A DNA stretch of 56,901 bases from Sedimentisphaerales bacterium (GCA_016927855.1 JAFGLV010000163.1:1-56901); one strand, 5' to 3'; counted from the stretch's first letter, positions 47,572 to 56,745 are shown. A program made the numbers and translations. The notes: generated from the letters alone by a model not told the origin.

Positions 47572-48415
47572 GCATACAGAAAATCGAAGCGGGCGACTGA
47601 TCTCGCTGCTGACGGCGGCCGCTCCGCTGCTTGTGTTGCTGCTAGTCTGGCAACTGGCGGCCGTGCGGCTGGGCCGACCCTGGATCTTTCCGCCGGTCAC
47701 GCGGGTGCTTGAGCAGCTCGCGCACCCGCTGCGGACGCACTACGCCTCCGGCTCGCTGCTGGGCAACACTTCCGTCAGCCTCCTGCGCGTACTGATCGGC
47801 TTCGTCTTGGCGGCTGTGGTTGGCATCAGTCTGGGCGTGCTCATGGGCTCGGCGCGGTTCGTCCGGCGCACAGTCGAGCCGCTGATCGAGATTCTGCGCC
47901 CCCTATGCCCGATCGCGTGGCTGCCGTTCGCCATCGCGGTCTTCAAGCTCAGGACGGTGCCGCAGTTGTTCGGCCTGGCCTACACGCGGACGGTGTGGGA
48001 CCAGGTCCAGCTTGGGATGATCTTCGTCATCTTCGTCGGCGGGTTCTTTCCCATCCTGACGAACACGCTCGACGGTGTCACAGGCGTGCGGCGTAGCTAC
48101 GTCTTGCTCGCGCGGACACTGGGCGCTTCGCCTGCGCAGGTCTTCCGGCACGTCTACCTGCCGGCAGCCATGCCTCAAATCCTCACCGGCCTGCGGCAGG
48201 GGCTCGGCCTGTGCTGGTTCGTCATCATCGCGGCCGAGATGATGATCGGCAGCGACAGCGGGATCGGCTATCTGCTGATGTATGCGGCCGACAACGCCGC
48301 CATGGACCTCGTGGTCGCCGCGATGTTCATCATCGGCATCGTGGGAGCATCTCTGAATTTCCTGATGCGCCGGGTGATGCACCGTTTCGTCAGTTGGAAG
48401 GGAAGGGAGGTCTGA
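47558..48415 (+). CDS. ABC transporter permease, NitT/TauT (SsuC-like) family
   Basis: Six TM segments. EAA-loop …ARTLGASPAQVFRHVYLPAAMPQILTGLRQG…. Confidence 0.85.
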   Translation: METAKHTENRSGRLISLLTAAAPLLVLLLVWQLAAVRLGRPWIFPPVTRVLEQLAHPLRTHYASGSLLGNTSVSLLRVLIGFVLAAVVGISLGVLMGSARFVRRTVEPLIEILRPLCPIAWLPFAIAVFKLRTVPQLFGLAYTRTVWDQVQLGMIFVIFVGGFFPILTNTLDGVTGVRRSYVLLARTLGASPAQVFRHVYLPAAMPQILTGLRQGLGLCWFVIIAAEMMIGSDSGIGYLLMYAADNAAMDLVVAAMFIIGIVGASLNFLMRRVMHRFVSWKGREV

Positions 48416-48419
48416 CCCG

Positions 48420-49199
48420 ATGCGGCCGGAGTTCGCCAGCGACGCGAACCATACGATACTGCAGCTCGACGATGTCGGGAAAACCTTCCGCTCGGATGCC
48501 GGCGCCGATGTCACGGCGCTGGCGAGCGTCGATCTCACGATCCGACAGGGCGAGTTCGTGACGCTGGTCGGCGCCACCGGCTGCGGCAAAACCACGCTAC
48601 TGGACCTAGCGGCGGGAATCACTGAGCCTTCTGCGGGACATCTGCGGCGCGGTTCGGGTGTGCGGCTCGGCCAGAGCGTCGCCTATGTCTTCCAACACTA
48701 CACGCTCTTTCCGTGGCGGACGACGCTGACGAACGTGGCGTTCGGTCTCCAGATGCGCGGTATCGGCCGACGGCAGGCGCGGACGTGCGCCATGGAGTTG
48801 CTGGCGCGAGTGGGCTTGGCGGGTTTTGAGAAAGGCCGGCCCCACGAGTTATCCGGCGGCATGCGCCAGCGAGCCGCTATCGCCCAGGCGCTGGCCATCG
48901 AACCGGTGCTGTTGTTGATGGATGAGCCCTTCGGTGCGGTCGATGATGCCACCCGTGCGGAATTGCAGCGAATGCTGGTCGATCTCTGGCAGGATCGAGG
49001 CATGACCATCCTGTTCGTTACTCACAACATCGACGAAGCCATCCTCTTGGGCACTCGTGTCGTCGTCTTCGGCGGCCCCCCTGGCCGAGTCGTCCGTCAG
49101 TTCGACATCGATCTGCCCCGACCGAGGGACAGAAACATGAAACCCTTCACGAATCTGTTCCTCGATGTCCGACAAGCTCTCGCGGGAGGGCTGGATTGA
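48420..49199 (+). CDS. ABC transporter ATP-binding protein (SsuB/TauB-like)
   Basis: Walker A GATGCGKTTLL, signature LSGGMRQRAAIAQAL, Walker B LLLMDEPFGAVD. Confidence 0.9.
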   Translation: MRPEFASDANHTILQLDDVGKTFRSDAGADVTALASVDLTIRQGEFVTLVGATGCGKTTLLDLAAGITEPSAGHLRRGSGVRLGQSVAYVFQHYTLFPWRTTLTNVAFGLQMRGIGRRQARTCAMELLARVGLAGFEKGRPHELSGGMRQRAAIAQALAIEPVLLLMDEPFGAVDDATRAELQRMLVDLWQDRGMTILFVTHNIDEAILLGTRVVVFGGPPGRVVRQFDIDLPRPRDRNMKPFTNLFLDVRQALAGGLD

Positions 49200-49304
49200 G
49201 GCGAAACAGAAGGCAGTGGCAGCGCAGGAAACGTTGCGAAAACGCAGAATGAGAGCAAGTGCCGGGCGAGACGAAACGATCCGGCGGGAAAGGAGAAACA
49301 GCAC

Positions 49305-49718
49305 ATGGTGATTCCACAAGAGGCCAAGACAATTCTGAACCGGCAAACACTCATGGCGTTCGCGACATGTTCGAAGGAAGGTGCCCCGAACGTGGTGTAC
49401 ATGCTTCAATACTGGTGGCTCAGTGAAGGCGAGCTCGTTGTCGGTGACCTCTTCATGAATGCCACGCGCCGGAACGTAGAAGAGACGGGCCAGGTCTCGT
49501 TTTGCGTATGGGACGAGCAGGCGGATCGCTCGTACAAGTTCAAGGGCACTGCGCGCTACGAAACCAGCGGCGCCGCCTACGAACTGGCCAACAGCGCCCT
49601 GCACGAGAAGAAGCCCGACAAGAACTTCAAAGGTGTGATCGTTGTCAGAATCACGGAGGTCTACGATGCCTCGCGTGGGCCTAATGCCGGCAAGCTCATA
49701 GCGACCTCGCAGGCATGA
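49305..49718 (+). CDS. Pyridoxamine 5'-phosphate oxidase-like FMN-binding split-barrel protein
   Basis: …ILNRQTLMAFATCSKEGAPNVVYMLQYWWLSEGELVVGDLFMNATRRNVEETGQVSFCVWD… matches the general flavin-binding split-barrel pattern. Confidence 0.55.
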   Translation: MVIPQEAKTILNRQTLMAFATCSKEGAPNVVYMLQYWWLSEGELVVGDLFMNATRRNVEETGQVSFCVWDEQADRSYKFKGTARYETSGAAYELANSALHEKKPDKNFKGVIVVRITEVYDASRGPNAGKLIATSQA

Positions 49719-49782
49719 TTGGGACCGGTACGGGAGACCGCCGCACGGTCGGGTACAGGCACGTTCTGAAAGGAAGTCCAGC

Positions 49783-50592
49783 ATGAAGAGTACGAGCAAC
49801 ATTGGTCTCAAGGAAGTGCAAGCGGTCTACAGCGGTCCGGAAGGGGACTTGTGGGAACTGATTATGGGCGAGCAGATTCACATCGGGGGATTCACTTCCT
49901 CAATGGACCTCGCCGAGAAAGCCAGCGTCGGCGCCGGCATGAAAGGCGTGGATCTGTGCTGCTGCAACGGCGCGGGCATGCGATTTCTCGTGCGTTTTCG
50001 CGACGTCACGCACATGCAGGGCGTCGACGCGACCGAGACCGTTATCGAGCGCTGCCGCGAGCGTTGCCAGGAACCGGGAATCGCCGGCCGGGTCGAATGC
50101 ATTTTGGCGGACGTCTGCGACAGCGGTCTGCCCGCTGGGAGCGCCGATTTCGTCTGGGGTGAAGACGCCTGGTGCTACGTCGTGGACAAGGACAAGCTTA
50201 TCGCTGAAGCGGCGCGTATCGTCAAGCCGGGCGGGACGATCGCCTTCACCGACTGGGTCGAAGGTCCGTCCGGGCTGAGCGAGCAGGAGGCCGAGCGCTT
50301 CCTGCGTTTCATGAAGTTCCCCAACATCCAGGATATTCAGGGCTATCGCGCGCTATTGGAGGCCAATGGCTGCGACGTCGTCATGGCGCAGGATACCGGC
50401 CGCTTCGCGCCGTACGTGGACCTGTACCTGAACATGCTCAACATGCAGCTCACCTACGACGCCTTGAGGATCATCGGCTTCGACATGGACCTGCTGCAGG
50501 CGATGGGCGCGGAAATGAAATTCATGCAAGGGTTGGCCCATGCCGGTAAAATTGCCCAGGGGCTGTTCATCGCCTATAAGAGTGGCTCGTAG
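49783..50592 (+). CDS. Class I SAM-dependent methyltransferase
   Basis: Motif I …GVDLCCCNGAGMRFL…, post-I acidic residue, and motif …IVKPGGTIAFTDW…. Confidence 0.8.
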   Translation: MKSTSNIGLKEVQAVYSGPEGDLWELIMGEQIHIGGFTSSMDLAEKASVGAGMKGVDLCCCNGAGMRFLVRFRDVTHMQGVDATETVIERCRERCQEPGIAGRVECILADVCDSGLPAGSADFVWGEDAWCYVVDKDKLIAEAARIVKPGGTIAFTDWVEGPSGLSEQEAERFLRFMKFPNIQDIQGYRALLEANGCDVVMAQDTGRFAPYVDLYLNMLNMQLTYDALRIIGFDMDLLQAMGAEMKFMQGLAHAGKIAQGLFIAYKSGS

Positions 50593-50613
50593 AGACGCAA
50601 TATCTTGCGTCTC
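50592..50613 (+). promoter_or_regulatory. Perfect hairpin GAGACGCAA-TATC-TTGCGTCTC overlapping the methyltransferase stop, 20 nt before the dehydratase-operon start; no U-tract
   Basis: Read directly from the sequence. Confidence 0.35.
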
Positions 50614-50632
50614 CTACCCCAAGGAGAAGACA

Positions 50633-51964
50633 ATGACCAAATGCTGCGGCAAGCCCTCGGAAGAACCCAAACCGAGCACCTGCCAGTCTACATCGAAGGA
50701 ATTGGCTGTACCGAATGGCCCGGTGGCCTGGTTCAAGAATATGATCCCGAATTGCTACCAGTATGCCGTCGCGGCGCAGGCCCAGGGCAAGCACATCGTG
50801 GGGATCATGTGCGAATACACGCCGCGCGAGCTGATCATGGCAGCCGACAGCGTTCCGGTGTGCCTGTGCGGTGGCTCCGCGGAGACCATCGGGCCGGCCG
50901 AGGAGCACCTGCCGGCCAACCTGTGCCCGCTCATCAAGTCCACCTACGGTTACAGCGTCAAGAAGTCCAATCCCTTCCTGGAGATGGCGGACCTGCTCGT
51001 GGCCGAGACGACCTGCGACGGCAAGAAGAAGATGTATGAATTGTTGTCTGAAACCAAGCCGATGGTCGTGCTCGAGCTGCCACAGAAGGCCGGCGACAGT
51101 GACGCGTTCGAGCACTGGGTTAAGGAGCTGCGCAAGCTCCGCGCCGAATTGGAGACGCGCTTCGGCGTGAAGCTGACTGACGCGAAGATCCGTCAGGCGA
51201 TCCGCACCATGAATCGCGAACGGCAACTACGGCGGCAGTTGGCCGAGTTGATGAAGGCCGACGCGCCGCCGTTTACCGGAAGGCAATTGCTGGACTTCAA
51301 GAGCAGCATCTCCGGGATCGATGCGGACTTTCAACAGTACGAAGAGGCGCTTCGACTCTTGGCAGATTCGTCCAGCGGTGACCGTTGCGAGGCGAGTTAT
51401 GGTTGCGTGGAGCGTGCTGCGTCACAGCCGATGAGCCGCTCAACGCAACCCGTCGACCAAACGAGCCGCGCAACCGCAACCGAAGGACGATTTTCCCCGG
51501 TGCGCGTCCTCATGACAGGCGTGCCTATCGTTCACGGCGCTGAACGTGTGCTGGATATCGTCGAATCCTCCGGCGGGTTGACCGTCTGCATGGAGAATTG
51601 CACCGGGCTCAAACCGATCTGGGACGACGTGGACGAATCGATCGACGACCCGATTCTCGCCTTGGCGCAGAAGTACTTCCAGATTCCGTGCTCGGTCATG
51701 ACGCGCAACGATGCGCGTCTCGACCTGCTTCGCCAGATGGTCGAGGCATATCGTCCTGAGTGCGTCATCGACTTGATCTGGCAAGCATGTCTGACGTACG
51801 ACGTCGAGTCTCATCGCGTCAAGCGCTTCGTCGAGGAGGAGTTCGGTTTGCCTTATCTGCGGATCGAGACCGACTATTCCCCGTCGGATTCAGCGCGCAT
51901 CAGGCTGCGCGTCGAGGCGCTGTTCGAGACGGTCCGGCAACGACAGGAGTGCACCAGGCAATGA
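50633..51964 (+). CDS. 2-hydroxyacyl-CoA dehydratase / benzoyl-CoA reductase family subunit (HgdB/BcrC/BadD-like), with a low-complexity palindromic insertion around 51401-51450
   Basis: …HIVGIMCEYTPRELIMAADSVPVCLCGGSAE…LCPLIKSTYGYSV…LLVAETTCDGKKKMYELL… are family-typical Cys motifs. SD AAGGAGAAG upstream. The stop overlaps the next start (ATGA). Confidence 0.7.
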   Translation: MTKCCGKPSEEPKPSTCQSTSKELAVPNGPVAWFKNMIPNCYQYAVAAQAQGKHIVGIMCEYTPRELIMAADSVPVCLCGGSAETIGPAEEHLPANLCPLIKSTYGYSVKKSNPFLEMADLLVAETTCDGKKKMYELLSETKPMVVLELPQKAGDSDAFEHWVKELRKLRAELETRFGVKLTDAKIRQAIRTMNRERQLRRQLAELMKADAPPFTGRQLLDFKSSISGIDADFQQYEEALRLLADSSSGDRCEASYGCVERAASQPMSRSTQPVDQTSRATATEGRFSPVRVLMTGVPIVHGAERVLDIVESSGGLTVCMENCTGLKPIWDDVDESIDDPILALAQKYFQIPCSVMTRNDARLDLLRQMVEAYRPECVIDLIWQACLTYDVESHRVKRFVEEEFGLPYLRIETDYSPSDSARIRLRVEALFETVRQRQECTRQ

Positions 51965-52977
51965 CGCAGGTCCTCTACACATCGCCTTATGTGCCGGCGG
52001 AGTGGATTGCGGCGCATGGCCTGGAGCCGGTGCGCGTGACGCCCGCGCGAGCGCCCTGCGTAGGGCGAGCGTCCTCGCTCGCCTGTCGTGCGGGGACGCA
52101 CGACCCATCGACAGACTCAGGGCAGGCTCTACGGACGCCTACCGGGGCGCTGCAAACGTATCCGGCCGCGCTGGACCGGCAGGGCGTGTGTCCTTTCGTC
52201 CGGAATTTCGTGGCTGATGCGCTCGCCCGATCCGGTCCGGCGGCGCTCGTCATGACGACGGTGTGCGATCAAATGCGCCGAGCTTTCGACGTCGTGACGG
52301 GTGCCGGCGCGGTGCCGGCGTTCCTCTTGAACGTCCCGAGCACGTGGCAGAGTGTCGCGGTACGCCGCCTTTACCTGGACGAGCTGGATCGTCTTAGCGG
52401 CTTCCTGGTGCGCGCGGGCGGTGTACGGCCGTCGGACGGCCAGTTGATTGACATCATGATTGCGCGCGAGAGTGAACCGCATGGGCTAAAGCCCATCCTA
52501 CCTGTGGCGACGCGTGGGTTGAGAACCCACCCTACAATTCTTGTCGCGCTCGTGGGCGGGCCTTTGTGTCAGGAGGACATAGCGATACTCGATTTGGTCG
52601 CCGAGTTCGGTGGGTACGTGGTGCTGGACGCTACCGAGAGCGGTGCGGCCGGCACGCGCCGCAGGTTCGACCGTCGCCGGCTGCGCGAAGAGCCGCTGCT
52701 CGAACTGGCGGATGCTTACCTCGACGGGATTCACGACGTCGCGCGCCGACCCAACGATGAGTTCTATGCATGGCTGTTGCGCGAGCTGGCTGCAAGCGAC
52801 GCTCGCGCCGTCATCGTGTACCGGCACCTCTGGTGCGACCTCTGGCATGCAGAGGTCGAGCGCTTGCGCGAGAAGAGCGGTCTGCCCGTGCTCGATCTCG
52901 ACACCGGTGACGGAGACGCAATCGGCAGCGGCAGAACTCGCACTCGACTCGGGGCCTTCATGGAGATGCTGACGTGA
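51961..52977 (+). CDS. Second 2-hydroxyacyl-CoA dehydratase-family subunit; carries two in-frame GC-rich repeat insertions (~52100-52160, 52483-52537)
   Basis: …VLYTSPYVPAEWIAAHGLEPV…VCPFVRNFVADAL…VMTTVCDQMRRAFD… is family-like. Low-complexity segments …THDPSTDSGQALRTPTGALQTYPA… and …GLKPILPVATRGLRTHPTIL… coincide with the repeat-element sequence. Confidence 0.65.
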   Translation: MTQVLYTSPYVPAEWIAAHGLEPVRVTPARAPCVGRASSLACRAGTHDPSTDSGQALRTPTGALQTYPAALDRQGVCPFVRNFVADALARSGPAALVMTTVCDQMRRAFDVVTGAGAVPAFLLNVPSTWQSVAVRRLYLDELDRLSGFLVRAGGVRPSDGQLIDIMIARESEPHGLKPILPVATRGLRTHPTILVALVGGPLCQEDIAILDLVAEFGGYVVLDATESGAAGTRRRFDRRRLREEPLLELADAYLDGIHDVARRPNDEFYAWLLRELAASDARAVIVYRHLWCDLWHAEVERLREKSGLPVLDLDTGDGDAIGSGRTRTRLGAFMEMLT

Positions 52978-54356
52978 CCGAGGCGCCGCGACAATTGACG
53001 CTGGAGGAATGGGACCGGCGCTACGAGCAACTGGACCAGGCGGGTCTGATTCAGCCTCGCTACGGCGGTCGCCTGAGCCGGCATCTGCACGACGGCGACT
53101 ACCGCTTGGCCAAGCTACGCTATGACAACTCGCCCGCGGCGTTGCGCCTCTGGAACTTCCTGCTGACGGAGGAAGATCGCCTCCGCGAGGCCCGCGAGTG
53201 CGGTAAGCGCGTCGTCGGCACGATGAAGGACCTGGGGACTGTCCCCGTCATCGCGTATTCCTTCAGCAACTTGGTCGCTTTCTATCCCGACGGCGCCTGG
53301 TGGATTCCCTGCGTGATGGAGCTCAGCGCCGGTCTGCTGGAGATCGCCGATTCGCTGGGTATCGATGAATCCTTTTGTCCCGTGCGCGCGATGCTCGGCG
53401 CGTTCGTCACGCGCTGTCATTTTCCCGTCCCCGACCTGCTCGTATGCAGCGCCGGCGCCGTCTGCGACGACTTCTCCGCGATCGCTCAGCGGCTCGAAGA
53501 CCTGGGCCATCGCATCCTCTGGTGGGAGGTGCCGCACCGCCCCGTCCCGGAGCCGAACGAAGTTTCCGTCCTGTTGCCGGGGGGATTGCCCGCTCCAGAA
53601 CGGCAGGTCGATCTGGTCAAATCCGAACTCTTACGTGTCAAAGAAGCGCTCGAAGCACTCGCGGGCACATCACTCGATGAGACAGCCCTGCACGCAGGGA
53701 TCAAGAAGGCCAACGAAATTCGCCGGTGCTTGGCGGAACTGCGTCGGTTGGTTTACACTGCCCAGTGTTGTCCCATGCCTGCCCTGGAGATGCTGATTGC
53801 CGAGATGCTGGCCATTCACTACTGCAGCGACCGCGACGAGTGCCTTCGCGTTCTCGAAGCACTATTGTCGGAGGTGCGGCGGCGCATCGCGTCCGGCGTC
53901 GGCGTACTCGGCGCCGACGCAGCACGCGTCTTCTGGGTCAATCCGGTCGCGGACCTGCGCGCGATGAACCTGCTCGAAGCGTGTGGCGGGCGCATCTGCG
54001 GCACGGAGTACCTCTTCACGCACGCGCTGGATGCGATCCCGCAGGACAGGCCGCCGATGGAGGCGCTGGCGGCCACAGCGCTGGCCGATCCGATGGCCGG
54101 CTCCTCGCGCCAACGAGCCGAGCGCATCTGTCGTGACATCGGTGAATTCGGCGCCGAGGCGGTCGTGGTCTCGCGCATCCCCGGCGCGAGCCACTGCGCG
54201 CTGGAGGGCTGGACCATTCAGGAGGTCGTACGCAGCAAGATGGACATTCCCATTCTGGAGATCGAGGTGCCGCCGGTTGCTGACGCGGCGGGTCCCGGAT
54301 TGCGGACGCGTCTCGAAGCCCTCGTGGAAACGGTTAAGCGACGGAGAAGAACATGA
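52974..54356 (+). CDS. Third 2-hydroxyacyl-CoA dehydratase / BCR-family subunit (HgdA/BcrB-like)
   Basis: …KRVVGTMKDLGTVPVIAYSFSNLVAFYPDG…FCPVRAMLGAF…LLVCSAGAVCDDFSAI… Start overlaps the previous stop (GTGA) and the end overlaps the activase start (ATGA). Confidence 0.7.
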   Translation: MTEAPRQLTLEEWDRRYEQLDQAGLIQPRYGGRLSRHLHDGDYRLAKLRYDNSPAALRLWNFLLTEEDRLREARECGKRVVGTMKDLGTVPVIAYSFSNLVAFYPDGAWWIPCVMELSAGLLEIADSLGIDESFCPVRAMLGAFVTRCHFPVPDLLVCSAGAVCDDFSAIAQRLEDLGHRILWWEVPHRPVPEPNEVSVLLPGGLPAPERQVDLVKSELLRVKEALEALAGTSLDETALHAGIKKANEIRRCLAELRRLVYTAQCCPMPALEMLIAEMLAIHYCSDRDECLRVLEALLSEVRRRIASGVGVLGADAARVFWVNPVADLRAMNLLEACGGRICGTEYLFTHALDAIPQDRPPMEALAATALADPMAGSSRQRAERICRDIGEFGAEAVVVSRIPGASHCALEGWTIQEVVRSKMDIPILEIEVPPVADAAGPGLRTRLEALVETVKRRRRT

Positions 54357-55153
54357 TTTGCGCCGGAATCGACGCAGGTTCACGAACGATCAAGATGGTG
54401 TTGCTGGACAGCGACAGCGGCAAGGTTCTGGGCCGGGGTCTGTCCGACCAGGGTGTCGAGCAGTCGTCGCTGGCCCAGTCTCTCTTCGAGAGCATACTGA
54501 ACGAGACTGGCATCGTTCGCGACGAAGTGCGACGCGTGGTCGCTACCGGGTACGGGCGCAACGCGGTGGAGTTTGCCGATACCACGATCACCGAGATCAC
54601 GTGTCACGCGCGGGGTGTGCGGCACCTGGCGCCCGCGACGGCCACCATCGTCGATATCGGCGGCGAGGACAGCAAACTCATCCGCCTGGATGGTAACGGC
54701 AAGGTCCGCGATTTCGCGATGAACGACCGCTGCGCCGCCGGGACCGGACGCTTCCTGGAAGTCGTCGCGGAGCGCCTCGCGACGAGTCTCGACGACCTGG
54801 GCGCGATGGCCGCACGGAGCCGGACGCCCGCCGCGATCAGCAGCATGTGCGTGGTCTTCGCTGAGACCGAAATCATCGGTCTGCTGGCGGCGCACACGCC
54901 GCGCGAAGATATCGCCGCCGGCGTGCAGGCTGCAATCGCCGCGCGCGTAGCCGGCATGGCCGGACGCAAGGTGACGGTGCCCATCGTCTTCACCGGCGGC
55001 GTCGCGCTCGTATCCGGCATGAAGGGTGCCCTGGAATCCGTCCTCGAACAACCGGTCGAGATCGCGCCCGATCCGCAAATGACCGGAGCGCTGGGAGCGG
55101 CGTTGTTGGCCGCCAACAGTCTCGATCACAGCCCATTCTTAGGAGTCGATTGA
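54353..55153 (+). CDS. CoA-substrate-specific enzyme activase (HgdC/BcrA/BcrD ATPase family), the ATP-dependent electron-delivering activator of 2-hydroxyacyl-CoA dehydratase/BCR-type enzymes
   Basis: MICAGIDAGSRTIKMVLLD… (ASKHA phosphate-1), …ITEITCHARG…TIVDIGGEDSKLIRLDGNGKVRDFAMNDRCAAGTGRFLE… (cluster-ligating Cys and adenosine motifs). Confidence 0.85.
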   Translation: MICAGIDAGSRTIKMVLLDSDSGKVLGRGLSDQGVEQSSLAQSLFESILNETGIVRDEVRRVVATGYGRNAVEFADTTITEITCHARGVRHLAPATATIVDIGGEDSKLIRLDGNGKVRDFAMNDRCAAGTGRFLEVVAERLATSLDDLGAMAARSRTPAAISSMCVVFAETEIIGLLAAHTPREDIAAGVQAAIAARVAGMAGRKVTVPIVFTGGVALVSGMKGALESVLEQPVEIAPDPQMTGALGAALLAANSLDHSPFLGVD

Positions 55154-56745
55154 TGATAGACATGGAAAGACGTAAACGCGTAATGCAACGGTCGATCCGC
55201 CTGGGGCATTGCATCTGCAATCCGAAGCAGCCGTGTCCGTGCGAGTACTTCAAGGAGAAGAACATCTGTACCTGCGCGGGCGAGCGGGCCGAGAGCCCCA
55301 CCGGCAAGGTCGAGCTGACTAGGCTGGTCGAGAAGGCCGGTTGCGCCTCCAAGATCGACCAAGCATTTCTCAAGGAGGTTCTCAGGGACCTTCCCGAGGT
55401 CGAGGACCCGCGCGTGCTCGTGGGCGTGCCAGCCGGTGACGACGCCGGCATCTACGACCTCGGCAACGGTCAGGCGCTCGTGCAGACCGTGGACGTGTTC
55501 ACGCCATCGGTGGACGATCCATACATGTTTGGGCAGGTCGCCGCGGCCAATTCCGTCAGTGATATCTACGCGATGGGCGGGACGCCGATGACGGCGCTTT
55601 CAGTGATCGGCTTTCCCGCGCGGAAGATTCCCGACTACGCGATGAACGACATCCTGCGCGGCGGCATCGACAAGATGAAGGAGGCCGGCGTCGCGATCAT
55701 CGGAGGCCACAGCATCAACGACGACCAGATCAAGGCAGGCTTCGCGGTGACCGGGATGATCGATCCGGCCCGAATCGTCAGCAACGCGGGCGCGAAGCCC
55801 GGCGACTGCCTCATTCTCACCAAGCCGCTCGGGACCGGCATCGTGGCCTTCGCGTCCCAGATCGGCAAGGCGTCAGACGAGAGCGTCCGCGCGGCCGGTG
55901 AATCTATGGCGACACTGAACAAGGCGGCGTCCGAGCTGATGGTCGAGTTCGGCGCGCATGCAGCCACCGACGTGACGGGTTTCAGTCTGATGGGCCACCT
56001 CGCGGAAATGGCGCGTTGCAGTGGCGTGGACGTGGAAGTCATCTGGGACGACATTCCGCTGTTCGAGGGCGTGCTGGAGTACGCGGCCGGCGGCATCCTG
56101 CCCGGCGCGCTGGAGCGTAACAAAGAGTCGTGCGGCCGAGTCGTCACGGCCGACGAATCGCTGCCCCAGGAGATGGTCGACATCTGCTTCGACGCGCAGA
56201 CCTCCGGCGGCCTGCTCATCGCCATCGCCGCGTCAGATTGTGAGGAATTCCTCAAGGCCCTCCACGATGCAGGCGTAGAACATGCGGCCGTTGTCGGGAA
56301 AGTGCTGGAAAAAGGGACGGGTCGGATCTTTCTTCGCGCGACGGGTCGGCGGAGAATTCCAACGATCGACAAGGGTAAGCCCTCTGCGGCCGCTGTACCT
56401 GTGAAGCCTCAGGCCGCGACGGAAGAGGTCGCCTGCTGCGCCGATGCCGTGACATCAACATCGTCGGGCGACGGTAACGGATCGCCGATGGACGAGGTCA
56501 AGGCCAGGTTCAACGCCTTCCTCAGCGCCGCCTCCTCGCCTCATGGGCTCGATGCCTATACGAAACAGGCGATGGCTATCGCGCTGTCGGTCGCCACCCG
56601 CTGCGAGCCTTGCTTGAAGATGCACCTGGCCAACGCGCGCAAAAAGGGTTTCACCCAGGCCGAGATCGACGAAGCCGCCTGGATGGGCATCAGCTTCGCC
56701 GGCTCGCCCGCCATGGTCTTCTACGAGCAGACCAAAGGCCAGTGA
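55153..56745 (+). CDS. selD: Selenophosphate synthetase (selenide, water dikinase) as a three-domain fusion: Cys-rich N-terminal extension (HCICNPKQPCPCEYFKEKNICTCAG), SelD catalytic core (Cys form, …KAGCASKID…), and C-terminal AhpD-like/carboxymuconolactone-decarboxylase-like domain with CxxC (…VATRCEPCLKMHLANARKKGF…)
   Basis: PurM-fold SelD motifs (…VGVPAGDDAGIYDLGNGQALVQTVDVFTP…; …AIIGGHSINDDQIKAGFAVTGM…; …ATDVTGFSLMGHL…). The start overlaps the activase stop (TGATG) with SD AGGAG, so it is the last gene of the dehydratase operon. Confidence 0.85.
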   Translation: MIDMERRKRVMQRSIRLGHCICNPKQPCPCEYFKEKNICTCAGERAESPTGKVELTRLVEKAGCASKIDQAFLKEVLRDLPEVEDPRVLVGVPAGDDAGIYDLGNGQALVQTVDVFTPSVDDPYMFGQVAAANSVSDIYAMGGTPMTALSVIGFPARKIPDYAMNDILRGGIDKMKEAGVAIIGGHSINDDQIKAGFAVTGMIDPARIVSNAGAKPGDCLILTKPLGTGIVAFASQIGKASDESVRAAGESMATLNKAASELMVEFGAHAATDVTGFSLMGHLAEMARCSGVDVEVIWDDIPLFEGVLEYAAGGILPGALERNKESCGRVVTADESLPQEMVDICFDAQTSGGLLIAIAASDCEEFLKALHDAGVEHAAVVGKVLEKGTGRIFLRATGRRRIPTIDKGKPSAAAVPVKPQAATEEVACCADAVTSTSSGDGNGSPMDEVKARFNAFLSAASSPHGLDAYTKQAMAIALSVATRCEPCLKMHLANARKKGFTQAEIDEAAWMGISFAGSPAMVFYEQTKGQ

